Shown one piece after another: positions 1-13,037 of a stretch of DNA of 64,000 nt. Under the pieces are notes generated by a model. It was not told the origin of the DNA. It did no database searches and saw nothing but the letters and a program-made list of their open reading frames with translations. A program made the position numbers and the translations under genes. Source of the stretch: Takakia lepidozioides (lineage: Eukaryota > Plantae > Bryophyta); NCBI GenBank assembly GCA_030704615.1, contig CM060733.1, forward strand, positions 9,362,001-9,426,000. Reading direction: 5' to 3'. Each line of letters starts with the position of its first letter. Positions within the stretch are counted from its first letter, which is position 1.

Positions 1-1340
1 AAGGCTCTAGAACTTTCCACAAGGGCGACGAGGGGGCACGCTCTACAACATTCCAGAAGGAAAGAAAGGTGGGGACGACGCGCAGGAGTGGTGGCAGGAG
101 GGTGGTGGGGCCAGTGAGTTGCTCCAGGAGGAGCTTGGAGAGGTGAGAGATACAATGGTGGGGCCCAGTGGACTGCGGCTGCTCCAGGACGTCGAAGCGA
201 GGACGCCTTTAGATATGTGCTTCAATCAATCCTTATGTGCTTGAAGTTGCATGGTGTAAGTAGATCAACACTGGGTTGTGCTTCACCTCTTGTGATGGCA
301 GCTCGCTAGGCTCTCAATCAAAATGACCTCCTTTGAGCATCCTTGTTCAAACTCCAGTTGATCTCCTTTATTAGAAGGTTGTTTTTTTGGGGATTGAGTC
401 AATCGGCTTGGGCTTGCTGGTGAGTGCAACCGAGCTGATGGCATTCTCAAAGGCTTACGCCTCTTGTAGAGAGGGGTTGATCCTGAAGGTCGACAAGACG
501 AAGGCGAATGGTCCGGCCAATGAGAAAGGCGGCCTGGGCTGCTGGAATGCCTGAATATTGAGCACACTTGTAGAGGATAGCGTAGAAACACCAAGGGGGT
601 TCTGGAGCCTAGAGTTTTTTTTTTGGCGAATTTTTGCCAAAAAGCTCCTGTAAAAAATGAGCTGCTACCCCACTAAAGGAAATTTAAGGATTTTTTTTTT
701 CCCATTTTTGCCAAAACCTGAGGAAGAATGACGAGCCTGTCACAGCATGTTCTCCACGAGGTAGACATGTGGCGCCATCCAGTGGCTGCCCTAGCCTGCA
801 CGGACGGGCCAGATATTGAGGAGGGTTGGGGTGTGAATAGTCAGCGCCGACCCTAGCTATGGTGGAGGAGCCCACCACTTCCACCTGCAAGGAGTTAGGT
901 TTCGCCATATCCAGCGTACATCTTGAGCCTTGCATTAGCCAGCAAGAAATGAACGCGGGGCCTTGCATTAGCCAGCAAAGAATGAACGCGGGAGACGGTT
1001 ACACTAAGGTACACTATGTACTAATAGTTATCTCAATTTTCGTTAACTGTCGACAGTGTATCCCGGTGTAACTTTCGATAACTCAGTGTACGAGTGTGTA
1101 GATAGAGGAGATCAAGCTGCGTTATTGTGGGGAATGGAGGCTGCAGCGCCGAATTGCATATTCATGGACGACGGCTGACCGCTGGAGGGAAAGAGCCGGC
1201 TGCGGGCTGAAATGGCGGGCAGATTTCAATTCGTGGTGAGCATCTTGAGCTTTAGAAACCATATATATGCTGAGTGTGTATGCACTTGGCTCTAGCTGTG
1301 ATTGCAGTTGTGAACGACATGTTTATGCACGATAGTTGTC

Positions 1341-2676
1341 ATGGCTCCATTGAAAGTTCCGAATAATTTCAAGTACAAGTATTTCTTCAGTGATCGTGTT
1401 CATCATCTTGTTGAGGGGGAGTCTTCTAGCAATGTAGAGGCGGATGCTAGTGTAGAGCCGGAGGCAGGTGTGGTCGATCCAGCCATGGCTGAGGCTGCAC
1501 TCGAGTTGTCCAAAAAACGCAAGAAAGGGTATGAGCTTAACAGACATCTTCAAGATACATGGGCTGCCAAACTCCCATGGGCTGAATCAGTATGTGGGGA
1601 GGATGGGAAAGTCCATCAAGTACGCTGCAAAGTCTGCACTTGCATTGAGGGTAGAGACAAACTCTTTGTTCCGAAATTAGACTCCTTGTGGAAACACGGA
1701 GGGCGTCGAAAGGCACTTGTTCCCATGCCTGGTGTTGCTGTTGGTGAGTTTTATTTCATTAAAAACAGTGTGCATGTACGGAATGAGAGACTCTTTGCAG
1801 CAGCTGGGCGGGATACAGTTGTGCAACAGGTGGCAGTTGGTGCCACGATGGACATGGAAAAAAAACTGGTCCAATTTGCGCTTATCTTCCATTTGCTTCG
1901 TTATGGGCGACCCATGACTGATTACGATGCGGTGCTGAAGGCCACTAAGCATGCAGTACAGACATCCATTGTATCTTTGTCAGCAGATGAGGTGACGACA
2001 ATAGATAATCAGAGTTGGTTGTCTGTGCATGCATATGTTGTTCAGGACTGGAAGAGGGTTCCTATTTTGCTTACCCTTGAGCGAGTGGTGGAAGGGGGAA
2101 ATGCAGACGATTTGATGTATGTCATGCTTAGTGCTTTGTTGAACTATGGTGGCCTAAGCGACCAACAGGTTGGAGAGATCTCCTATGCTTAGGAGCTGAT
2201 GGAGTTTCAGACAAGCAGTGTTGAAGCGGGTTTATTGTTTGCCAAAGAAGGCATCATCAAATGATCAATGGATCTTGGAGCCATTGAATGGGAACTTGCT
2301 GGACCTACACATGTCAATGTTCAAGCTGACTATGAAGACACAGGCTCACAAGGTCATGAGTGAGCCATCTGATTAAAACCCACTCACGAAGTTGTGGCAA
2401 CAGTTGTCATCATCTGATTTACTTGTTGTGAGGTTGTCCGAGTACATGAGATTGGCCGAGATGGCAATTGTCATGGTACTTGGAAGTGTGGAGGTCGAAC
2501 ATACATTTTCTACAGTAGCCTTTATCAAGAATAAGCTACGTAATCGACTTGCTGGGCACCTGAACACCACTGTGCGTATGTATGCTCAAGACTTCTTCAC
2601 CCAGACCACCTTCCCGTATCATGAGGCCATCTCTGACTTGTGTGCAGAGAAGGCTCCTATGGGGGCAGCCCTATAG
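1341..2676 (+). pseudogene. Degenerate hAT-superfamily (ZNF862-like) transposase
   Basis: ORF 1341-2192 has W-x4-PW...CKVC...H (TTF/BED-like Zn finger) and SLSADEVTTID (first catalytic Asp region). After a stop and deletions, ORF 2392-2676 has GSVEVEHTFSTVAFIKNKLRNRL, matching the hAT C-terminal dimerisation motif (SxxxERxFSxxxxIKxxxRNRL). Confidence 0.75.
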
Positions 2677-3040
2677 TATGTTTTTTTGATATGTGTTGAT
2701 TGCAGGAGGTCATGTGGTCAGCACATTCAGACCTGAGTGAAGCTGGTTGCCCAATCATGAGGCAATTAATGACTGGTCTGTGGGGGCAACCGTGTAGTGT
2801 GTCTCTTTGCTATGTGTTGATTGCAGGAGGTCACTTTCAGACTTGAGCGAAGGTGGTTGCCCATATCAAGAGGCTATCACTAACTGGCGGAAGACTCGCA
2901 TGGGGGCAGCCCTGTAGTATGTCCATTTGCTATGTGCTGATTGCAGGAGATTTTGTGGTATCAAGCTCTTTGAGCGATTGCATAGGGCAGCCCTGTGTAT
3001 GTCTATGTCATTGCAAGTGTGTGTTGATTGTAGTGACATG
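2660..3040 (+). repeat. 3-4 degenerate tandem copies (~85-120 bp) downstream of the hAT ORF
   Basis: GGGGCAGCCCTGTAGTATGT...TATGTGTTGATTGCAGGAG recurs near 2660, 2781, 2902 and 2984. Confidence 0.65.
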
Positions 3041-6000
3041 TAGACCTTCCTAATGATGATGCCTGCAAATAATGTTCATGAAATTTGATATGTCCTTACT
3101 GGCGCAATATAATCTGCCTTCACATAATTTTGTTTCCTGGTTGGTTTTTGGTGCATGTTGGGTGGTGTGGTGTTGCAGGGCATCCTATGTATGGGCTGGG
3201 CCCAGTCCTTAAAACTGATGTTCAATTCCTCCATAGGGTACTTTATAGATTAGACAACCAGATAGGATGATATAGAGATCTATTGCAGTTTGACGATGAG
3301 GTCACCTATGAAGAGGATGAAACCTGCAGGCCACAAGACTGCAGCATTTTTGTACTGGGAAGGCATTTCAGCAGACTAGTCCTACATGAGAGAATAAATT
3401 TTGATTGGGGTTCATTCTCACCTTCTGGAAGTTCACAGCTTTTGGCATAATCTGAAAACCTCCAAAACTTAGGTGCAATGACAGCCTCTGGACCGAGCAT
3501 AAAAAGGTGGGATAGCAGTCCTCTAACTGAGGAGGAAGGGGTATACTAACACCCTTAGTTTGGTGGGAAAGAAGAGTGGGAGGATACCCTGCGGAGTGGA
3601 ACCAGGGAGAAGACGCCAACAAAGCTGACTATGAAGAGAAAGGCAGTCATCCAGCCCAATTTGGGATCCTTTACATCCTCAGCATGGTTGCCCTTGATAG
3701 TCAGGACCTGCTGTCCATGGCCAACAAATGTCCCAAATCCCCCTGTAAATCAATCAACATCTTTCCCTCTATGTCAGTTTAGTTTCAGAAAGTTAGACAA
3801 TGGGGCATGTGGTCGGCGTAATAACACAGAGACACAAAGGAAGGGAACAAAAGAAAGAAAGAAACTTTACAGCGTCCACAGAGACTCACTCACCCCACAT
3901 TCACAAAACTGCACGGCTATCCAAGGGGGAGACCCCTTAATCAGACCATCTAATTGTGTTAAATAATCGTGTACATCAACGATTAACACTAAGGAGAATA
4001 TTTCTAAGAATCGGCCTTGATTGGCAAAAGCATTGGAGTAATGATCAGACGTGATCCTAGCAATTCATGGTTCAAGACATGCGTCTGATTCCACCAATGT
4101 GACCTAACCAGATTAGAAAACTTTTCCTCTGTTGACAAAACACACTATCTCAAAACTGCTCATAAAAAGTGCATAAGACAACTCCAATTCCAGCTCGTCC
4201 ATCCATCCCTTGCCCTTGACAACGGACAGTTTTTGGTCTATATCTCTGGGTATCTCTCTCTCCCTGCCATACAAGTTTACCAACTTTAAAAATTTAGAGG
4301 CTGAGCCAAAAGCCCAGGCCCTTTTGGGGTCTAGTTATTGGGCAAATCACACACAACAAAGTGATTTTTGTGTGAAGGGATTTCGAGAGGATATCTAGAA
4401 AACTCGGATCAATTTGTCTGTTTCAAGGTTAAGTCATACTAGCACCCCTTAGCCCACCCGATTCCAACTATCTTTCTTTAACGATTGTTCCCTTTCCCTA
4501 CTTTGCAAGTTGTATACATATTCAACCCCGCCTTCACATACCCTGCATGCCAAAGCACAAAAACTATGGGGGGCTCAAATCAGCCTTTTTTTTTTTCATT
4601 TATGAAGTTTCACAGACATGGCTATAGTCAGTAGGCTCCCTGAGACTGAATTGGCGATTATATTCAAATTTCTTGGTGCAACAGGTGGCAACAATACTTA
4701 AATTCAGGTTGAGCTTAGGCGAAGTGTGAAACCAAATAGTTATTTCTGATGGCGACACTCTGATTTTTAGGATACAAAATTTGTGGCTCCAATATTGGAA
4801 TTTTAATAGCATAGTTGCTACTACATGATACTTTGAATAGCAAGGATTGCGGCTGCTACTAAAGTACTTGGCCAGACCGGACTGATCTCTCTATATAGCC
4901 AAATTCGATTTCATGGCTTCAAAAGTCACAAGACACAATGAAGATAAACAAAAGTTTTGATTACAATAGACATACCTGTCAAGTGGCAATTGTGCAACTT
5001 CGGCACTGCTCTTTTATATAGTACCGAACAAAAATTTCAGCAATGAAACTAAACTGTAACCAAAATAATCACTCTAGTTACAGCAGCCGTTATCTCATTT
5101 GTTGCCATTGCTTCCACTATTCTACAAAACGATGCTCCTTGTATCTTAAATTGTTGCATTTAAAGAGAGAATTGAAGCAAATAAGTGTCAATGTAAACAC
5201 GAGTACTTGCATATCAAAGCCTTGACACACCTGGCGAGAATCCATTCATGCAAATCGTGTAAGGTTAGTACAGCTGTGCATTTTTTTTGGATGGTGTGTT
5301 TCACTTGATCAGGACTTTCTTGCTTGTCATAACTCATCGCATGTGCTTTTCATGTGACCTAGCACGAGTGTTGGTAAAGTGGTTAGCGGCATAGTGATCC
5401 CAAGTTACTCGCATTTTGTCATTTGCTGTAATAGAGGAATATGGAGATGAACTTAAGTCTTCTTGCGGAGTTGAGACGATGGCATCTTCCCGCTCGCTCT
5501 CTCTTGTTCGCTTCAAGCAGGTCTCTAAAGACTGAAGAATTGGATCTCAGAAAACCTCGTCGAGCTGGTGGAAGTGCGCAACCGGAATAATGTTTATCGC
5601 GATTAGTACTTCCCCATCTCCTTTACCGGAACTCCTGGCGCCAATGGTTTGGTGACAAGGACTTGGTCAGCTATCCATCATGCAACTTACAATGACCACA
5701 CATTCTGCGTTCATAAGCTTCCGGACTTTGGCTTCTTACCGGCTTGGTCACAGTGGCAAAATTCATTTACTGCTGAGGCTTCCGGTAGTGCACTACTCTT
5801 GCTGAAAGATGAGTTCTCTTTTGCTATCGCAACGGTGGCGACACAGCCGATCATGGTTAACACATTGACCAAACAATGGCGATACTTAACGATGCATTCA
5901 GGCCTAGAGATAGTTGCATTATTAAACCAGTATATAAGTATCGACATTCACACATGCGTACCCTCTATCAGTAAATAGCTGACGTGTCTGTACACGTGGC

Positions 6001-6473
6001 ATTGCTATCACTCACTCTAATCCCAAAGTTATCGCAGGTGATAACTTAATAACTACATGATATTAAAATCGTTCAAAAAGTGTATATTCCCACACTAACA
6101 CCTGTCGAACCCTAACACCTAAAAACCTGGATTGATAGTTTATCGATCGTCGTCTTCAATTCCAGTGCCGGACCATCTCGAGCTCCATTGCTGCAACTCG
6201 ACAGCACACACACGAGAATGGATTCGGCAGAAGCAGACGATTCCATGGACAGTGGGGGTAGAGGAGGGGGACGAGGAAGCGTAGGCTCACGCTTTGACAA
6301 ATCTGCACTCACACCACATCATCATCTGGTAAGAGAGCCTCGTGGATATGGATCATATTACCTGGAGTAGCCGGGGACAACATGGAGAAAAAACATATAT
6401 GAGTTTAAAGTTCCTCTTGAAACTGAAGTTACATTTGCATAAACCAAATTTCTTCTCACCTTCAAGTTTTCAT

Positions 6474-6925
6474 GGGGCTGGAAAACAAGTATGCATCAAC
6501 ACTTGTTTTGCAGCACCCCCATATCTCTGAAGAGTTCGACATCCAAAAATAAAGTTTTATTTTATTTTATTTTATTTTAGAGCTGTTGCAAAGCAAGTAT
6601 GCGTTAATGCACCCTTGTTTTTCAGCTCCCATCAAAACAAATTTTGTTTTTTTATAAAATTATTTATCTTTTAATATTAATATTAATATTTTAAATATGG
6701 AGGGGTGGCTACTGCAAAGCAGCTCTCATCAAAACCCCAAAAAAAGTTTGTTTGTTTGTTTGTTTTTTTGTTTTTTTTTTGGTTGGGGGGGGGGTGTGTT
6801 GTGGCTGCTGCAATTAACGTACACTTGTTTTCCAGCCCCCGTCAAAATCCATTTAAACAATCATTACAATAATAATAAAACAAAACAAGTGTGCATCACG
6901 CACATTTGTTTTGCACCCCCCATCA
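6474..6925. repeat. Cluster of degenerate hairpins resembling the MULE intronic palindromes
   Basis: AAAACAAGTATGCATCAACACTTGTTTT (~6482), GCAAGTATGCGTTAATGCACCCTTGTTTT (~6593) and AAAACAAGTGTGCATCACGCACATTTGTTTT (~6882) resemble AAACAGTGTGCGTCAACGCACACTGTTT at 58.4-60.6 kb. Confidence 0.5.
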
Positions 6926-7548
6926 AAACCTAAAAGTAAGAAAATAAAATAAATAGTTTCAACTCTATTTTAACTAATTCTGGACTTTTGTTTGGTCCAG
7001 AAATAATACAAGATATGTGAATAATTATAATCTATAATAGAAATAAAGAGATATATCTATAATTATTTGACTATTTGTGCATTATATAACAACAAATTAT
7101 GTAATCCTCCACACATTCTACGCAAAAATACAAGTATGTATTGTGGTCTTAGATGAACATCCACTGCCAAGTTGACGTTCATTAAAAGGAATGGGAGGAT
7201 GCAATGAATCAAACAATGATGAGAGCTCCGATATCCAAACTGACATACAGAAACAAACATGGAATAATGGCAGAACCAAATATGAAACAATGATGGCATG
7301 TGATGAAGAGGACAACATGGAAAAACGAGTCTGTCGGGATTTGATTGATGATATGAAACATTCATATTTTATTTGAGATTATATCATTCAAGGCGATGGA
7401 CCAACAGAAAAATGAACGTCAATTGTCCATCCGTTCATGGACTTAATGCCATACAAGCCATAGATTCTGAAGCCATAGAACCGTTACGGCTTATACTAAC
7501 TCATTAATAATACTGAACCTCCTCCCAAACGGCTCGCAGTCAAGGCAT

Positions 7549-8181
7549 GTGTCCGAAGACGCCTCCGGTTATCACAGCCACTTGCAACGGTCTCCGCTCC
7601 AGAGGATACGGAGATACTTTCAGGAAGGTGAAACTTGGTCTGCTGAGGATTGTAAGGATACCACCGGTTATATCAGGCCCGGGATGAAATATCTCGTGAA
7701 GGATATTCGAAGTGTTATTGTCAGGTACCCTGGTAGACCGTTTGCTACGCAGGGGCAAATACTTCTTGTAGATAATGAGCCATCAAAAGGCCTGCAAAAC
7801 CCACAAAATACTGGATTCTTTCTTTTCTCATTCAAGCCTTCACCAAACGGATTGCATGACCGGGATGATATGACAAAAGCAGTGTGGCCATATATATTGG
7901 AGATGGTTGGAGCTTCAACAGTCGTTGATTACATTAGCGAGAACCGGACAAAATGTTCTCATAAGCCTATTGGTCGAGACCATGCCTGTTGGGCCTGGTA
8001 TGGAATATATCTTGATCCTCATATTTGGATCCCACAACAAAAGAAACCTGATTACCTTTGTAGGCACGTGGATCCCACTCTTCTCTTGTTTGTTCATAAT
8101 TTGTTTTTCCAATTCTTTTGCAGCTGCATTTGCACTCTTACCTCAACATATCCATATGCAAAACTTCCACTTTGGGCCTAA
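7549..8181 (+). pseudogene. C-terminal half of an FCP1/NIF (HAD-family CTD phosphatase homology) domain
   Basis: WSAEDC...YLVKDI...ILLVDNEPSKGLQNPQNTGFF...PYILEMVGASTVVDYISEN matches the plant FCP1-homology pattern (LLIDDSPYKALLNPPNT). The N-terminal DxD motif is not seen. Confidence 0.6.
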
Positions 8182-9378
8182 CATTTGTCATTTCCATCAC
8201 TTGTCCCCAGTTACATTCAAGGAACGAATTCCAAAAGAGGAACAAGAGCTGTGTGATTGGGAAGAATGGCGGCCGTGTCGGGAGGCTTCAAGGGCATCAA
8301 ATAGAGTTGGCAGTAACATTTCAGATGACAATGTCAGCGGATCGGGAAGCCCAGAAGTTGCAAATGAAGTTTCGTCCTTGTCCTCGTTGAAAGGGTTTCG
8401 GAGAAGGGGAACGGAATGGAAATTGTCCCTTGAGCACTCCACATCCTGAATGGAATTCACACGTAACGAAAGGATTACCTCGGAACAGATTTCCAATGAA
8501 GTCGTCGTTTGACAGGAAGGTCACAATCCGCAGATTTTCTCGCCTGGAGTAAAACAAGAACATCAGACCCAGTACTGAGAAAAACAAAAGGACGAGTTAG
8601 AATTCAGATATAAGTAATTTTACCTGACTCTTTCTGATTTGGGCTGTCCAACCTTCGTGCTGGGAAGAGAAGGAGGGAAGAGATGCAACATTGTGCTTCG
8701 GAGCCGCAGCCTCCGCCGCGTCCTCAACGGATGACATTCTCGAGGTAGATTTCACACCATTGACACTTAACACGGAGGGTAAGGATTGTAGAGTGAGGTC
8801 CACGAAATCCCCTGCACATTTGTCAAGTTGGCTTCCATCTTCAACATTCAATCCTAAACAATCTTGCGACAGAACATCCTTTTCGGGAATGGACTGAAGA
8901 AGAGGGTCGTGCAATTGAAGGGAAGCCAAGTGCCTGGATGATGCTTCACCGTCGATGACAAAAATCTCAACAGTAGTGTGAATGTTGTCCCTCTGTAGAC
9001 GAATTTCTGATATGGAGGATTCCAATGGAGGTCCCGACAAGAAGTTGACATCAGCAGAATCGCCATGAACTTGCAGAAACAAACTTACAAGGTCAATGTA
9101 CAGACATGGGATAACCTCCACTGCACAGTGGAGGTTGTCGGATTTGAAAAAGCCCCCGAGACGAGTTTCGGAGAAGGCCTGTATCTCAGAGGATCGGGAT
9201 GGTATGGGGTGGAGAAACGCATGGATGAGACTAGGAAATAGCAAACAATTCCATGTCAATTCAGATTGAAAAGGAAATCACAGTACACAACAGTTTTTCT
9301 AGAAAAACAATACAACCTATATAAAAAACCAATAAAAAATAAACATTGAATCACAGACGTGGTTGATCAATAAAATCT

Positions 9379-10125
9379 TTATTTTGAAGCATCATATTGG
9401 AGATTCCCGTAATTAGAATCATCAACATAATCCAGGAGAGGCTTAAACTTGGGATCGGTGGAAACATTCTGACAAAGCTTAAGTCCTATCCTCTTTTCCG
9501 TGAGATAACTGGAAACGGTGTGAGATTTCTTCATTTCAAGCAAATATTTCTGAAGAACCTTCTGGAGATAGCAAGAGTCCGTCTCAACGGATTCAAACGA
9601 TTTTAGAATCAGGCAGGATTCAGGCGGGTTCAACACACACTTAATAGCTGAATCGTTAATAAGTAGAGTGATACTCATGTTGTACTGACCACCAAATCTT
9701 TGTCAGATCGTCATCAATGGCTTCAAGAACAGACTCGGCGGGTCGTATCCTGATATAAATTGAGGGTGGACAGAAGTAGGACAGGAGATACAATCTTCTT
9801 GAGACATAACGAATGCTGGATAAGGAAGACCCCGAAGCATAAAGTCCAGGATAGGCTGCAAGTTCTTGTACATCATGCAGCTCCATGTACCTAGACGGAA
9901 ATGTTTGTTCAACTCTGTCCACATCTCACAATATTTTTCCCGCCTATAGACAAGTCGAAATCCAACAAGAGCTGGTATCATGTAGTCTGTCTCGGACATT
10001 CGGGGGACGCTGTAGCTCTTCTGGTGCTTCAAGACTTTGCACAAAACTTCATTCAGGTCAAAAATTATCAAGCGCAATCCTTTCGCAACTGGAGAAACTG
10101 ATGCTGCAATCTGTGAGAAATTCAT
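9379..10125 (-). pseudogene. FCP1/NIF-homology domain gene with one in-frame stop
   Basis: ORFs 9703-10125 and 9379-9678 are in the same frame, separated by a single TGA (KPLMTI*QRFGGQYNMSITLLINDS). Motifs are LIIFDLNEVL, LGTWSCM, LFLKPL and TLLINDSAIKCVLNPPES. Confidence 0.7.
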
Positions 10126-10185
10126 ACATCCACTCAGTAACTTCTCGCACTATATTCAGACGATTCTAGATTATATACCCAAGAA

Positions 10186-10620
10186 CTACAGAATACTCCT
10201 TCTTATCTCTCTGAGTGTATCAGGCGAATAGTCTGGAGGGGTATATTTTGGCGATCCGGTGATACTATCAGGAGACGCAGGGGAGTATCCTGGAGATCCG
10301 GAGATGTCCAGTAGTTCTATGACTCCCCTGCTTGTTTCAGTGTCCAGAAGGAAGTTTGGAGGATAATATCCTTCAGATCCTGATGTGGATTCAGGAGATG
10401 CTGGCGAGTAACCCGGAGATGTTGGATATCCAAAAACGGTCACTCGTATCGCCGCCAATGTGTCTGGGGAATAGTCTGAAGGGGTGTATGTCGGATAATC
10501 TTGGGAGTAGGCAGGAGATCCGTTGATATCATTGTTTACATGAACGTTTTCTATTATTTCCGCCAGGGTATCCTTACAGATGACTTCAGGTGTATTGTTC
10601 GGGATTTGGATGCGTTCCAC
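10186..10620 (-). CDS. Ser/Pro/Tyr-rich ORF with RNA Pol II CTD-like heptads
   Basis: Contains PTSPGYSPASPES, GSPGYSPASPDS, YTPSDYSPDT and GSPKYTPPDYSPDT. It is on the same strand and frame as the FCP1-like ORF, ~60 bp upstream of it. Expression is unproven. Confidence 0.4.
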   Translation of the reverse strand: MERIQIPNNTPEVICKDTLAEIIENVHVNNDINGSPAYSQDYPTYTPSDYSPDTLAAIRVTVFGYPTSPGYSPASPESTSGSEGYYPPNFLLDTETSRGVIELLDISGSPGYSPASPDSITGSPKYTPPDYSPDTLREIRRSIL

Positions 10621-11232
10621 GGGGATTCTACAGTCACATTTTTGTCATTGACAGACACTTTGTTCGGCTCGGTAGACCCCCAACTGGATTTTTCATTTGG
10701 TTCCGAAACACCATGTTTTTGATCTGGACAGTCCGCTTCCATCACATCTACCGAACACCGTCTCTTGCTCCAATTTAATCTGGCTGTCTTGTACTCATCG
10801 TCAGACACCGGTTCCCCACCCTCGTTCCTCTTTCTCATTCTGACATAAAAACTAATCAGAGTGTGTAATTGGCTGACCCAAAGAAATATTGAACCTCCAC
10901 TGGGTAGTGGAGGTTCCCAATTATCGTATCCCAGTCTCGTTGGAAAGAATGTGTCACACTTACAATGTTATACATATGATTCCATCACTCGTTCCCACAT
11001 CGTCTCAAACTGATTTCAATTTTCCCGTAATTATCCGATTTCATCCTTACTTTAAAAAAATGCCTTTCAACTTCCGCATAAGAATTCACGCGAACCTCCA
11101 CTGGGCAGTGGAGGTTCCATTTTCTAGTTGCTCATGTGCATGACATGGGTCTACGAATACTCTACTCTGGCCTGCACAAAGCCTACTGTTAGCATATGTC
11201 TACTATAGAATACAAGTAGACTAGGCTATCGT

Positions 11233-11948
11233 TGTCGCGGCCCTTTGCCTTGAGGGCAAGGGGTTGGGACACGTGAGAGGCTGCCCCTGTGGTGGGGGCA
11301 GTGGCAACATTAGTTGCGGGGGCTGAAGCACCCTTGAGTGCCCAAGGCACTCAAGGAGGCGGAGGCGCTCGCTAGGTGGAGCCCCGCACACCGGGTTGCG
11401 GTGGGGGTGGTTCCACAAGGGGTGGTGGTAGCTTAATGGGACTTAGTGGGGGTGGCATAGGACTCACCATGGGGGTGGAGACCTTGTGGTGGGAGTCTTG
11501 GGACTCATCACGGTCCAATGGGACCGTGGTGGGTGGGCCAAAACTCACAGCCACTCATCACTGGGAATCGAGGGTTTTCGTGGTGGTTCGCCATAAAATG
11601 GCATGGTTGTTTGTGAAAGCCCCGCGGACAGTCACAGAAGTATATATAGGGAGTAGTAACCCTGAGAACGGTGCAAGCCCGTTGGTGTCCAAAAACTAGT
11701 GAGTAAGCGTGCGAGCCGGAAAGCGACCAAGGTGTGGGGAGCTATTCCGGACTGCCATCGACCAAAGGGAATTTCCACTAGGCCCAAATTGGGAGAGGGT
11801 CTTGTGGAGGAGTAAAGGGGGACCGTTGTGTCCCGGTGAGCAGCCGAAGCTCCGAGTTGGCCCGGCGGCCAGTTAGGGAGTTAGGCGTGCGCATCAAAGC
11901 GAGTAATTATGACTTGAAGGGGAGCTTACCGAGGTGAGGTGCGCGACA
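11233..11948 (+). repeat. 5' LTR (716 bp)
   Basis: TGTCGCGGCC...GTGCGCGACA. Differs from the 3' LTR by about 13 substitutions and one 10-bp indel (hand count). Confidence 0.95.
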
Positions 11949-11950
11949 TT

Positions 11951-11962
11951 TGGTATCAGAAC
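11951..11962 (+). promoter_or_regulatory. Primer-binding site, tRNA-iMet type
   Basis: TGGTATCAGAAC lies 2 nt after the 5' LTR; the consensus is TGGTATCAGAGC. Confidence 0.9.
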
Positions 11963-12078
11963 TTAGAGTTCAATACGCGATCGTCCTTGGGATCGGCCTC
12001 ATCATGGGGTCGGGCAAGCCAAAGTGAAAGCGGAACGGCCCGAAAGATGATGATCCTGGTGAGCCCGATGGGGGCGAC

Positions 12079-12861
12079 GTGTCACCGAAGTGGCCATTTG
12101 AGGAAGCAATTCATGCCTTTGGAAGCGATGCCGCTCAAGGACGGGAGGAATCTGAGGAGTCGGAGCCCGAGGAATTCCTGAGAGCTCCGGCAGACCAACA
12201 GATGTCTCCCATGCCAACAGCCTTTTGGGAAAGGTTGTTGGCGCAGTTTGGCGGGATGTTGAAAGACGTGTTGAAGGCGGCTAATGCCACTTCCACTAAG
12301 GAAAAATTTAAGGTGAAGCCTAAGGAACCCGACACCTTCAAGGGCGTCCGAAATCAGAAGGCACTCAACACCTGGCTCTTGGAGCTAGAGCGGTACTTCC
12401 GGGCGGCCGAGTTGAGTGACGAGGATCAGGTGGAAGTGGCTCCCACCTATTTGAGGGGCTATGCTCAACAATGGTGGCAGAAACGCCTTCACGACCGAGG
12501 TCCAAACCCGGAAACCTTGAATTGGGGTGGGTTCAAGGAACTTATGAAGAGACAGTTTGTGCCCCTCAACGGCGGGCAGAAGGCGACCTTCGATGGAGTG
12601 TGCTTTAATTGCGGGGAACCCGGGCACATAGCCAAAAAGTGCACGAAACCCCGACAATTGAACATGACTCGGGCAACCACGGAGTTGTCCGAGGATTCCA
12701 TTAGCCGCTTGGTGGAGGCAGTGGTTGCCAAGACTTGCAAGGTAGACAACTACTCTTGTGAGTTGTACCAGGAAACTGGCGCCCCGTGCAAATGGAGTCA
12801 GTTATTGTTCGTGAGTGGGATAATTTCCGGAACTAACGTGTCGTTGTTGGTGGACACATGA
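12079..12861 (+). pseudogene. gag: Gag with CCHC zinc knuckle and start of aspartic protease
   Basis: PDTFKG...WLLELERYF, CFNCGEPGHIAKKC, and protease LLVDT* where a TGA replaces the Gly of DTG. Confidence 0.9.
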
Positions 12862-13037
12862 GCGTCACACTCCTTCATTACATCGGCAACGGCACGGAAG
12901 CTGGGACTCCCGACAAGTAAAGTGGGGGCTTCTATTGAGGTGCGTTCTGCTAAAGGAGAACCACAATTGGCGACGAGGTTGGCGTTCGATGTTCCTCTTC
13001 AGCTCGGGAGTTGGGAGGGTCGTGAGAACTTCACCAT

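Noticed and set aside
1-650. Possible LTR or retroelement fragment at the window start
   Set aside because: No partner repeat, PBS or coding motif is visible, so it cannot be supported.
8197-9259. 220-aa and 99-aa minus-strand ORFs between the FCP1-like relics
   Set aside because: No recognisable motif. They may be exons of the decayed locus, but there is no evidence to call them.
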